From positions 29,788 to 93,787 of the forward strand of contig CAVOVB010000011.1 in NCBI GenBank assembly GCA_963699755.1: a DNA stretch of 64,000 nucleotides, written 5' to 3'. Shown one piece after another: positions 22,061-30,762 of this stretch; position 1 is the first letter of the stretch; each line of letters opens with the position of its first letter. The position numbers and the translations under genes were made by a program. The DNA comes from an uncultured delta proteobacterium (GTDB lineage: Bacteria; Myxococcota_A; Polyangia; Polyangiales; Houyiibacteriaceae). Under the pieces are notes generated by a model. That model ran no database searches. It had not been told where the DNA came from and saw only the letters and a list, made by a program, of their open reading frames with translations.

Positions 22061-22813
22061 ATGGCATTGTTCGAGGTACGCGGCCTGCGAAAGGCGTTTG
22101 GACAACACCTGGTCTTGAGCGGGCTCGACATCGACATCTTCGCCGGTGAGGTCATCACGATCATCGGAGAGTCCGGCTCAGGCAAGAGCGTCTTGCTCAA
22201 GGCGATGATGGGCCTCATCGAGGTCGACGCCGGCCACATTCGATTCGATGGCGTAGAGGTCGCCGGTCAGACCGAGCGAGAGTGGAACCGCACTCGTCGC
22301 CGCATCGGCATGCTGTTCCAGGAGTCCGCCCTTTTCGACTCCTTCACCGTGTTCGAGAACGTCGCCTATGCCCTACGTGAGCAGACGACGATGACCGAGG
22401 AGGAGATCACGAAGCGCGTGGCCGAAACGCTAGCCTTGGTCGCGCTGCCCGGGATCGAATCGATGTCCCCTTCGGATCTTTCAGGAGGCATGCGCAAGCG
22501 AGTCGCCCTGGCCCGAGCGGTTGCGGTCCGTCCGGAGGTCGTGTTCTACGACGAGCCCGCCGAGGGCCTCGACCCGATCAACGTCACGCGAGTCAATCGC
22601 CTGTTGCTCGGACTGCAAAAGCGCCTGCACGTGACCTCGGTCGTCGTGACGCACAATCTCAAGGCCGCGTTCGCCATCAGCGATCGCATCGCCCTCATCC
22701 ATGATGGAGTGGTGGCGGCAACCGGTGCCCCCGAAGGGTTTCTCGAATCGGAAGACCCGGTCGTGCGAGAGTTCATCGGCGATCGAATGATGAAGGTGCT
22801 ACGTGCAAGTTGA
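22061..22813 (+). CDS. ABC ATPase, MlaF/Mkl family
   Basis: GESGSGKS, FQESALFDS, LSGGMRKRVALAR. Confidence 0.9.
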   Translation: MALFEVRGLRKAFGQHLVLSGLDIDIFAGEVITIIGESGSGKSVLLKAMMGLIEVDAGHIRFDGVEVAGQTEREWNRTRRRIGMLFQESALFDSFTVFENVAYALREQTTMTEEEITKRVAETLALVALPGIESMSPSDLSGGMRKRVALARAVAVRPEVVFYDEPAEGLDPINVTRVNRLLLGLQKRLHVTSVVVTHNLKAAFAISDRIALIHDGVVAATGAPEGFLESEDPVVREFIGDRMMKVLRAS

Positions 22814-24209
22814 GTTCGTCGGAGCGGTGGGGGGCGACGTCACCGGCTCGAGGCATATCGTTCACACCGAGAAGGCGCGCATTCTGCTCGACTGCGGCCT
22901 GTTCCAGGGTCGCCGGGCGGAAACCATCGAGCGCAACCGAGACCTGGGCTTTCGCGCAAGGGACATCGATGTGATGGTCCTCTCGCACGCTCACATCGAT
23001 CACTCGGGCGCCCTCCCCCGACTCTATCGCCAGGGCTTCCGCGGGCCGATCTATTGCACACCAGCCACCCGGGACCTGTGCGCCGCGATGCTCGAGGACT
23101 CAGCCGAAATTCAGGCTCAGGACGCAGCCTACATCAATCGCAAGATCGAAAAGGACGGCGCCGACATGGACCCCGTTGAACCGCTCTACGAGCAGAAGGA
23201 CGTCGTCGGGACGCTGGAGCTCATGGTCGGCGTTCCATACCACCGACCGCAAACGATCGCGGAAGGCGTGACTCTGACCTACTACGATGCGGGCCATGTC
23301 CTCGGAAGCGCCATGGTTGCTTTGGATGTCGACGTGGTTGGCCAGGAGCGGCGTCTGGTCTTCTCTGGCGACCTCGGACGGCACAACATGCCCATCCTCA
23401 GAGACCCCGAGATTCCGCCGGGGGCCTCGTGCCTCATCATGGAAAGCACTTACGGCGACCGGAATCACGATCCGATGGAGGAGATGGAGGGTCAGCTCGA
23501 GGAGGTCATCAACCGCACAATCGGGCGCGGCGGCAAGGTGGTCGTCCCGTCGTTCGCCTTGGAACGCGCACAAGAAGTGATTTACTCGCTCAAGAAGCTC
23601 AAAGATCGAGGACGGCTCCCCGACGTTCCGGTATACGTCGACTCGCCGCTGACGGTGAAGCTGACGGACGTCTTTCGGATGCATCCGGAGTGCTTCGACG
23701 ACAAGGCGCGAAAGCTCTTGCTCGAAGGAGACTCGCCCTTTGACTTCGAGGGACTTCGCTACGTCTCAGCCGTCGAAGATTCCAAAGCGATCGACCGGAA
23801 CGACGAGCCTTGTGTGATCATTGCGGCCAGCGGCATGTGCGAGTTCGGGCGAGTCGTCCATCACTTGGTGGCCACCCTCGAAAGTCGAAAGAACGCCGTG
23901 CTCATCGTCGGCTGGCAGGCGCAGCACACGCTCGGGCGACGCCTCGTCGAGCAACGGACGCGGGTTCGGATCTTCGGCGTCGAGCGCGAACGCCATGCGG
24001 AGGTGGTGGTGCTCAACGGATTCAGCGCGCATGCCGGGCAAGACGACCTTTTGGACTACGCGGAAGCGGTTCGCGAGGCAGGTCCGCTCCGACATGTGGC
24101 GCTGGTCCATGGTGAGAATCCGGGACGCAATACGCTCAAGGCGCTCCTCGAAGAGCGCGGCTTTCCGAGCGTCAGGACTCCAGTGCGAGGCGATCGGATA
24201 GACATCTGA
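22803..24209 (+). CDS. metallo-beta-lactamase/beta-CASP ribonuclease
   Basis: SHAHIDHSG, AGHVLG, ESTYG, FSAHA, VHGE. Confidence 0.92.
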   Translation: MQVEFVGAVGGDVTGSRHIVHTEKARILLDCGLFQGRRAETIERNRDLGFRARDIDVMVLSHAHIDHSGALPRLYRQGFRGPIYCTPATRDLCAAMLEDSAEIQAQDAAYINRKIEKDGADMDPVEPLYEQKDVVGTLELMVGVPYHRPQTIAEGVTLTYYDAGHVLGSAMVALDVDVVGQERRLVFSGDLGRHNMPILRDPEIPPGASCLIMESTYGDRNHDPMEEMEGQLEEVINRTIGRGGKVVVPSFALERAQEVIYSLKKLKDRGRLPDVPVYVDSPLTVKLTDVFRMHPECFDDKARKLLLEGDSPFDFEGLRYVSAVEDSKAIDRNDEPCVIIAASGMCEFGRVVHHLVATLESRKNAVLIVGWQAQHTLGRRLVEQRTRVRIFGVERERHAEVVVLNGFSAHAGQDDLLDYAEAVREAGPLRHVALVHGENPGRNTLKALLEERGFPSVRTPVRGDRIDI

Positions 24210-24280
24210 GGCCAGGGGCCTTGACCTGAGGAGGGGTCTGCGCGCATCCTCGCGCGCGACTCGAACAATGAGGAGGGGCG

Positions 24281-24868
24281 ATGAGCAAGGGCTTGATCGG
24301 ATGCGGTGTGATCGTGGTAATCGCGCTGATCCTCGTGGTAACCGGGGTTGGAAGCTACAACCGCCTGGTCAATCTGGATGAAGGCGTCGACAACGCTTGG
24401 GGCCAAGTCGAGAATGTCTACCAGCGGCGCGCGGATCTGATTCCGAATCTGGTGGCCACCGTGAAAGGAGCCAAGGAGTTCGAGCAAGAGACGCTCACCC
24501 AAGTGGTCGAGGCGCGCGCCAAAGTCGGTCAGGTCAATTTCGAAAAGGCGCCTGACGCGGCGCAACTCCAGCAGTTCGAGGCGGCCCAGTCACAGCTCTC
24601 GTCTGCTCTGTCTCGCTTGCTCGTCGTGGTGGAGCGTTACCCCGAGCTCAAGGCAACCGAGGCCTTCCGTGACCTTCAGGCGCAACTCGAAGGCACCGAG
24701 AATAGAATCAGCGTCGAGCGCAAGCGCTTCAACGACGCGACCCTGGACTACAACAAGACCCGTCGGCAGTTCCCGACGGTCCTGCTCGCAAACATCATGG
24801 GCTTCGACGACAAGCCATACTTCGAGTCGACACCCGGAGCAGATGAGCCTCCGAAGGTCGAGTTCTAG
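24281..24868 (+). CDS. lemA: LemA family protein
   Basis: YQRRADLIPNLV, ERYPELK, EGTENRI. Confidence 0.95.
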   Translation: MSKGLIGCGVIVVIALILVVTGVGSYNRLVNLDEGVDNAWGQVENVYQRRADLIPNLVATVKGAKEFEQETLTQVVEARAKVGQVNFEKAPDAAQLQQFEAAQSQLSSALSRLLVVVERYPELKATEAFRDLQAQLEGTENRISVERKRFNDATLDYNKTRRQFPTVLLANIMGFDDKPYFESTPGADEPPKVEF

Positions 24869-24876
24869 CCCAGGCC

Positions 24877-25533
24877 GTGCCCCTGCGAATCGAAACCTTC
24901 TTTTCCAAGGCGGATCGAGAAGCGATCCGTGCCGCGACGGCGGCCGCCGAAAGGAAAACCGCTGGCGAGCTCGTCGTCTATGTCAGCGAGCGCTGCGACC
25001 CGCATCCGGAGGTCGCATGGAAGGGTGCGCTCCTGGGCGGTGGGCTAGGGGCGCTCTGTGCGGCCATTTCGGGTTGGCGTTTCGGAGGCTGGGGGGTGCC
25101 CGACTATCCGTGGATCTTGATCGGTCTTCAGCTCGGTCTCGTGGTCGGCTGGATCGCGAGCCGGTTCGACGCGGTCGCCCGACGGCTGATCTCGGACGAG
25201 GCTATGGATAGCCGGGTGGACGGCCGCGCGGCCGAGGCCTTCTTGGACGAACGCGTGTTCGCCACGCGTGAGCGCACCGGCGTCCTGATCTTCGTTGCGC
25301 TTTTCGAGCACAGGGTCGTCGTCCTCGCGGATGAGGGGATCGACGAAAGAGTTGCCGATGACGCTTGGGATGAGATCTCGAGCGAGCTTGCCCTAGGAAT
25401 TCAGGGCGGCGCGCCCGCCCAGGCCCTGATCCATGCGGTGCAACGCTGTGCCGACCTCCTGGAGGCTCATGGCGTTCACCCCGCAGATTCTGAAAACGAG
25501 ATTTCGGACGAGCCGAGGCTTCGCCATGACTAG
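24877..25533 (+). CDS. TPM domain membrane protein
   Basis: AERKTAGEL, TRERTGVLIFVALFEH; lemA operon context. Confidence 0.88.
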   Translation: MPLRIETFFSKADREAIRAATAAAERKTAGELVVYVSERCDPHPEVAWKGALLGGGLGALCAAISGWRFGGWGVPDYPWILIGLQLGLVVGWIASRFDAVARRLISDEAMDSRVDGRAAEAFLDERVFATRERTGVLIFVALFEHRVVVLADEGIDERVADDAWDEISSELALGIQGGAPAQALIHAVQRCADLLEAHGVHPADSENEISDEPRLRHD

Positions 25534-26428
25534 AACGCAAGCACTCCTTGCGGCGCTTCTTCTGTGCTCGATCTCCGTCACCGCGCTCGCTCTTCGCGTC
25601 CCCGAGCTCTCGGGACGCGTCAACGACTACGCGAATCTAATCAGCCCTGGCCCCGAAGCCCGCATCGATGCCCTGCTGGCGCAACTCGAGGAAGATACCG
25701 GAACCCAAGTCGTCGTTCTCACAATCGACAGCCTAGAAGGCGAGCAGCTCGAAGAGTATAGCCTTCGGGTCGCCGAGGCCTGGCAGCTCGGCCGCGCAGA
25801 TGCAGACGACGGCGCACTTCTACTCATCGCGAAGAACGATCGGAAGATGCGGATAGAGGTCGGATATGGCCTCGAGCCTGTGCTGAGCGACGTGCTCTCG
25901 AGAAGAATCCTAGACCAGGTGCTACGTCCGCGCTTCCGCGCCGGTGACTTCGATGGCGGCATCGAGCGTGCGGTCGAGGCAATCGACGGCTTGGTCCGCG
26001 GGACGAGCACGCTGCCGCCACCGAGCCCGGGCGATACGGCGACCGCGACCGATTTCCCGATGAGGATCTTCGGCGGGCTTTGGCTCCTGTTCTTGGTCCC
26101 ATTCATCTGGGTCGTGATCAGCACCAATCCCTATCAGTGGTTCCTCTATTTCTTCATGATCCCATTCATCGGGGCGGGTGGGATCGCCACCCTCGGCCCC
26201 AACGCGGCTCCCTTCTTCGTCGTCTTCTGGCTGATCGCAGCGCCGATCTTCTGGTCGTTCATAGGCCGACGACGGAAGAAACAGAAGCGAGCCCCCGGAC
26301 GACGGCGTTCGGGCTGGTCGGGCGGGAGCTGGTCGTCGAGAGGAAGAGGAGGCGGTTGGTCCGGTGGGGGTGGTTTCTCGGGCGGTGGTGGCAGCTTCGG
26401 CGGCGGTGGCTCTTCGAGCAGCTGGTGA
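25526..26428 (+). CDS. TPM domain (YgcG-like) protein with Gly-rich tail
   Basis: RVNDYA, RIEVGYGLE, GGGSFGGGGSSSSW. Confidence 0.9.
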   Translation: MTRTQALLAALLLCSISVTALALRVPELSGRVNDYANLISPGPEARIDALLAQLEEDTGTQVVVLTIDSLEGEQLEEYSLRVAEAWQLGRADADDGALLLIAKNDRKMRIEVGYGLEPVLSDVLSRRILDQVLRPRFRAGDFDGGIERAVEAIDGLVRGTSTLPPPSPGDTATATDFPMRIFGGLWLLFLVPFIWVVISTNPYQWFLYFFMIPFIGAGGIATLGPNAAPFFVVFWLIAAPIFWSFIGRRRKKQKRAPGRRRSGWSGGSWSSRGRGGGWSGGGGFSGGGGSFGGGGSSSSW

Positions 26429-26431
26429 GCG

Positions 26432-26986
26432 CTACGGGTCGCTCTCGAGGCGGCCGTGCCAGTATACCCAGTTGGCCCAGGCTTCGGGAATAGAGCTCGC
26501 CGGGTCGACCCGAAACGCGACCAGGGGCAGCCACTTGGGTTTGACAGGAGGACGTCGCAAACGGAGGCCTGCCTGCCTGGGCGAACGATTGCCCTTCTTC
26601 TCGTTGCAGGCGTAGCAAGCCATCACGATGTTCTCCCAGTTGGTCTTGCCGCCTTGGGACTTCGGAAGCACGTGGTCGTAGGTCAGCCCTCGAAGGCGAT
26701 GACGCACCCCGCAGTACTGGCATTTGAAGTCGTCCCGCATCGCGACGTTGATCCGTGAAAACTTGATCGCACGCTTCCGGCCGACGATCGTTCGCAGGAG
26801 CCGCACGACCGCGGGCATCTTGATGGTGATGCTGACCGAGCGAACGTCTTCGTCGTACTCTTCGACGACTTCGACCTTGCCATCGAAAATCATGCAGACG
26901 GCTCGCTGCCAACTGATGATTCGGTGGGGCTCATAGCCCTGGTCTAAGACAAGGGTCCGCATTCCGTTCGAGGCTTCGTATATCAC
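26432..26986 (-). CDS. HNH endonuclease
   Basis: RDDFKCQYCG, TYDHVLPKSQGG, WENIVMAC..CNEKK. Confidence 0.92.
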   Translation of the reverse strand: MIYEASNGMRTLVLDQGYEPHRIISWQRAVCMIFDGKVEVVEEYDEDVRSVSITIKMPAVVRLLRTIVGRKRAIKFSRINVAMRDDFKCQYCGVRHRLRGLTYDHVLPKSQGGKTNWENIVMACYACNEKKGNRSPRQAGLRLRRPPVKPKWLPLVAFRVDPASSIPEAWANWVYWHGRLESDP

Positions 26987-27008
26987 ATGCTATACGCGGC
27001 GATCAAAA

Positions 27009-27082
27009 GTCCTCGTAGCTCAGTAGGATAGAGCAGTGGTTTCCTAAACCGAAGGTCGGAGGTTCGAATCCTCCCGGGGACG
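27009..27082 (+). tRNA. tRNA-Arg(CCT)
   Basis: GTCCTCGTAGCTCAGTAGGATAGAGC...TTCCTAA...GGTTCGAATCC. Confidence 0.93.
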
Positions 27083-27178
27083 CCCTCCGGCGGTTGACTT
27101 GATCGGCCGACCTGTACTAGTCCTGGTCAACTTGGGAGCAGCACCATCTCTAGCGAACGACGATATCCGGCACCGGTC

Positions 27179-28270
27179 ATTGCGGTTTCCAACCCCGCTC
27201 CTGCGGAGCAGCAGCACGGCGCCGCTCATCCCAAAACCAAACGGCGGAGCACGCTTCCCGACGATCTTCTGGCTCGGAGCGACGAAGAAGCGGCACGGCG
27301 CCTGGCCCTCAAGAGCCTCGGCGCCGCCCGGACGGCGGAGCGTCGACTGGACGATCGTTTCGATCGCGAGGCGCTGCATGATTTCCGGGTTTCCGTTCGT
27401 CGACTTCGCAGCCTATTGCGCGCATATCGAGCTCAACTCGATGGAGCGATACGGCCCAAGGACCGAAAGCGCCTCCGCGCAATCCAACAGGCGACTGGCG
27501 GCGGCCGTGAGGCCGAAGTGGCGCTCGAATGGCTGACCAAGCAGCAAGCCGACCTTGCGCCGGAGCATCTTGCGGGTCTCAACTGGCTCGCCTCTCTGCT
27601 GCTGGCGCGTCGGCGCGAGTGCGCCGAGGCGCTCGACACCGAGCTGCGAGAAGATTTTAGACGAACCGCCGAAAAGCTCGAAGAGCGGCTGGCGGTCATG
27701 CGAAGCGAACGGAACCTGCTGGCGGATCAGTCGCACGTGACCTTTGCACGAGCGCTTGCAAACCAGACCGAGGCCTACGCTACCGAACTGCTCGTCAACC
27801 TCGGCGAAATCGTCAGCATGGACCACACCGAGCGGCTGCACGAGGCCCGCATCGTCGCGAAGCGACTCCGCTATCTCCTCGAGCCCATCCGAGCGTACGT
27901 GGGCGGAGCGCAGTCGGTCGTGAGGCGAAGCAAGAGGCTGCAGGAGCTGCTCGGCGAATTGAACGATGTCCACGTTCTCATGCGTGAAATCGATCAGTCT
28001 TTCGAGGCCTCGATGCAGCAGAAGGCGAGCAAACTACGAGACTGCCTGCGCAGAGGCGACCTCGAACGCGCACGCCGTGAGGCCTCGGTCAGCGAATGGG
28101 CCGGCCTCGTCGAGCTCTACGGTCGACTCGACAAAGACCGCCGCCAGCTCATCGCAACCCTTCGTGATCGCTGGCTCGGCGGCGAGCTCGATGTGCTCGT
28201 GGCGCGAGCCCGCGACCTCGCGCAAGAATTGCGCATTGCGGACAGCCAGCTCAATAGTCCAGTATCGTGA
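27179..28270 (+). CDS. CHAD domain protein (start uncertain)
   Basis: EALHDFRVSVRRLRSLL upstream of the tracked ORF, then LHEARIVAKRLRY and LQELLGELNDVHV. Confidence 0.8.
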   Translation: MAVSNPAPAEQQHGAAHPKTKRRSTLPDDLLARSDEEAARRLALKSLGAARTAERRLDDRFDREALHDFRVSVRRLRSLLRAYRAQLDGAIRPKDRKRLRAIQQATGGGREAEVALEWLTKQQADLAPEHLAGLNWLASLLLARRRECAEALDTELREDFRRTAEKLEERLAVMRSERNLLADQSHVTFARALANQTEAYATELLVNLGEIVSMDHTERLHEARIVAKRLRYLLEPIRAYVGGAQSVVRRSKRLQELLGELNDVHVLMREIDQSFEASMQQKASKLRDCLRRGDLERARREASVSEWAGLVELYGRLDKDRRQLIATLRDRWLGGELDVLVARARDLAQELRIADSQLNSPVS

Positions 28271-28781
28271 CGACGCGGCTCGGGGCCAGCTTCTCGTTGC
28301 CTTCGAGGGCGGCCAAGTTGATCAGGAAGACGAAGGCTGCGACTTCGGCACCGCACTTGTGGACGAGATCTTTGGTCGCTCGCGCCGTGCCGCCGGTGGC
28401 GATCAAATCATCGACCACCACGACCCGCTCATGCGGCCGGAGCGCATCTTGGTGGATCTCCACGGCGTCGCTTCCGTATTCGAGGTCATACTCGACGCGA
28501 TAGGTCGCCGCGGGAAGCTTGCCTGGTTTTCGGACGGGAACGAAACCCACTCCGAGCGCGTCGGCCAGGGCCGCACCGAACATGAAGCCGCGCGACTCGA
28601 TGCCGACGACCGCATCCACCGTCTCTCCATCGAGAGGCTCCGCCATGAGTCGGATGCAGGTACGGAAGGCTTCGACGTCGGCCAGCAGCGGTGTGATGTC
28701 CTTGAAGAGGATGCCCTCCCTGGGAAAATTGGGCACGTCCCGGATGCGCCTGCGCAAGAGGCTGACGCGCTCATCGCTCAT
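28251..28781 (-). CDS. apt: adenine phosphoribosyltransferase
   Basis: FKDITPLL, VRKPGKLP, LEYG, VDDLIATGGT. Confidence 0.96.
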   Translation of the reverse strand: MSDERVSLLRRRIRDVPNFPREGILFKDITPLLADVEAFRTCIRLMAEPLDGETVDAVVGIESRGFMFGAALADALGVGFVPVRKPGKLPAATYRVEYDLEYGSDAVEIHQDALRPHERVVVVDDLIATGGTARATKDLVHKCGAEVAAFVFLINLAALEGNEKLAPSRVVTILDY

Positions 28782-29542
28782 GGTTCCCCTTTCGATCCGG
28801 CCACGTACGCTGCGACGCCCAGATGGTCCGGCTGCGTGGCCTCGATGCTCAGAGGCGTGACGGAGATGAAGCCCGCATCGAGCGCTTCGGTATCGGCACC
28901 TTCGACTGGCTCGCTCGTGGCGCCCCCTGGACCGCCAATCCACAGGTAGTGCCGCCCCCGTGGATCGTCGCGCACCTCGACCTCGTCGGAATAGAGCCGA
29001 AGCCCGAGCCGCGTTGCCCGAACTCCCTTGGGCGGGACCGGAGGAAAGTTGACGTTGAGCAGAATGGCTTGCCCTGCGGGTGCGGTGGTCTGCAGAAGCT
29101 GCTTACAGAAGCGCTTGGCGTATTGAGCCGCCCCTTCCATGTCCGCGGAGCAGCTTGAAAAGGCGATCGACCGCACCCCGCGGAGCGCTCCCTCCCGTGC
29201 GGCCGCCACCGTGCCCGAGTAGTGCACGTCGTTTCCGAGATTGGGCCCATGGTTGATCCCCGAGACCACCATGTCCGGCCTGCGTGGCAAGAGGTCTTTG
29301 AGGAAGAACGCGACGTACACGCAGTCCGCGGGTGTGCCGTCGACTGCCCAGACGTGCTTCTCGACTTCGTGAAAACGCAGCGGATGATGGAGCGTGATCG
29401 AGTGGCTCTTCGCGCTCTGCTCGGTCTGCGGGGCCACAGTGTAGACATCGGCAAACGTCGACAGGGCAGTGCGCAGCGCGATAACCCCCGGCGCATCGAC
29501 CCCATCGTCGTTGGAAACCAAGAGCAGTGGGCGGTCCGACAT
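28778..29542 (-). CDS. surE: 5'/3'-nucleotidase SurE
   Basis: SNDDG, GTPADC, SGINHGPN, YSGTVAAA. Confidence 0.96.
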   Translation of the reverse strand: MSDRPLLLVSNDDGVDAPGVIALRTALSTFADVYTVAPQTEQSAKSHSITLHHPLRFHEVEKHVWAVDGTPADCVYVAFFLKDLLPRRPDMVVSGINHGPNLGNDVHYSGTVAAAREGALRGVRSIAFSSCSADMEGAAQYAKRFCKQLLQTTAPAGQAILLNVNFPPVPPKGVRATRLGLRLYSDEVEVRDDPRGRHYLWIGGPGGATSEPVEGADTEALDAGFISVTPLSIEATQPDHLGVAAYVAGSKGEP

Positions 29543-29649
29543 GCGCTCAACGACCTATCGCGGATGCGCGATTCGGGCAACGGGATTGACCTTTGGGAGA
29601 CCGAACGGTGGCCAATATCGGAATGCTGGCGGGCGGATACAAGCGGGTA

Positions 29650-29688
29650 TAAAAGGAGGACCGGCGGGCTTTCACCCTCCGGTCCGCC
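29650..29688 (-). terminator. probable intrinsic terminator after tRNA-Pro
   Basis: Minus strand GGACCGG(A)GGG-TGAAAG-CCC(G)CCGGTCC hairpin followed by TCCTTTT. Confidence 0.55.
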
Positions 29689-29690
29689 AT

Positions 29691-29767
<77 letters not shown>

Positions 29768-29856
29768 TCCAACCTCTCGATGAGAGGCAGCCGACTGTAA
29801 CGCAGGCCGCCTGGAACGCAAACCAAACATGAGCAAAAAGCGCCTGAAAAGCGTAC

Positions 29857-30312
29857 TCAGGCCTCTGGACCGCGCTTGACGGTCACCGGGACCACCTTGT
29901 GCACGGTCACCTGAAGGGGCGCAGTCTTGACCGGCTCACCCTGATCGCTGGAGAAGCCGTCGAGCAGCTCAGTCAACTGCTGGCGCAGACCAAGAAGCTC
30001 GGCGCGCAAGGCCACCTCGCGCTGTGCGCGCGGCTCCGGAGGGCTGCTGCGCTGATGGAGACCCAGATCACGGATACGCTTGCGTGCACCGGGAATCGTG
30101 TAGCCCTGGTCATGAAGGAGCTGGCGAATCAACATCGCGAGCTCGACGTCTTTGCGGCTGTACTGCCGATGCGCCCCGCGGGTTTTTTTGGGACGCAGCG
30201 CGGGAAACTCCGTCTCCCAGTAGCGTAGCGCGTGGGGCTTGACGCCGACGATGTCGGCGACTTCGCCAATCTTGAAGAACAGTTTGTCGGGCAGTTGGGT
30301 GCGCCGTGCCAT
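29857..30312 (-). CDS. MerR-family regulator
   Basis: FKIGEVA...LRYWETEF; follows ihfA. Confidence 0.9.
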   Translation of the reverse strand: MARRTQLPDKLFFKIGEVADIVGVKPHALRYWETEFPALRPKKTRGAHRQYSRKDVELAMLIRQLLHDQGYTIPGARKRIRDLGLHQRSSPPEPRAQREVALRAELLGLRQQLTELLDGFSSDQGEPVKTAPLQVTVHKVVPVTVKRGPEA

Positions 30313-30320
30313 CGTTGAGC

Positions 30321-30641
30321 TCAGAAGCCTTCTTGCGAACCAGCGCCGTCCTCAGCGGTGCGATCCGGGTTGAGCACTGTTTTGAGTACCTGACTGGGCT
30401 TGAACGTCAACACGCGCCGCGCGCTGATTGGAATTGGGGCGCCCGTCTGCGGGTTTCGGCCGATGCGCTCTTTCTTAGCGCGCACCACGAAGTTTCCAAA
30501 CCCTGAGATTTTGATTTTGTCACCATCGGCCAACACGTCCTTCATCGTGTCGAAAACGGCCTCGACGACCTCTGCAGCTTCTTTCTTCGAGAAGCCCCCA
30601 ACCTTCTCGTAGACGGCATCAATGATTTCCGCTTTCGTCAT
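30321..30641 (-). CDS. ihfA: integration host factor alpha
   Basis: [33 protein letters not shown]; after pheT. Confidence 0.93.
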   Translation of the reverse strand: MTKAEIIDAVYEKVGGFSKKEAAEVVEAVFDTMKDVLADGDKIKISGFGNFVVRAKKERIGRNPQTGAPIPISARRVLTFKPSQVLKTVLNPDRTAEDGAGSQEGF

Positions 30642-30762
30642 TCGGTCTGTTCCTCCAGATGCCCGGTATGGCGGAGAGAACCACAAATCGGTTTGAATCT
30701 CAAGGGTTTGGCGCGCCCACCTCGATAGAAAGGTGCGTATTCTCGCACATCATGAGATATCC

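Noticed and set aside
27036..27052. Weak anticodon stem (G-A, U-G) in tRNA-Arg suggesting a pseudo-tRNA
   Set aside because: The rest of the cloverleaf is canonical and 27-43 mismatches are tolerated.
26432..27082. HNH plus tRNA as a mobile or defence element
   Set aside because: Standalone HNH of a common type; no att duplication or integrase nearby.
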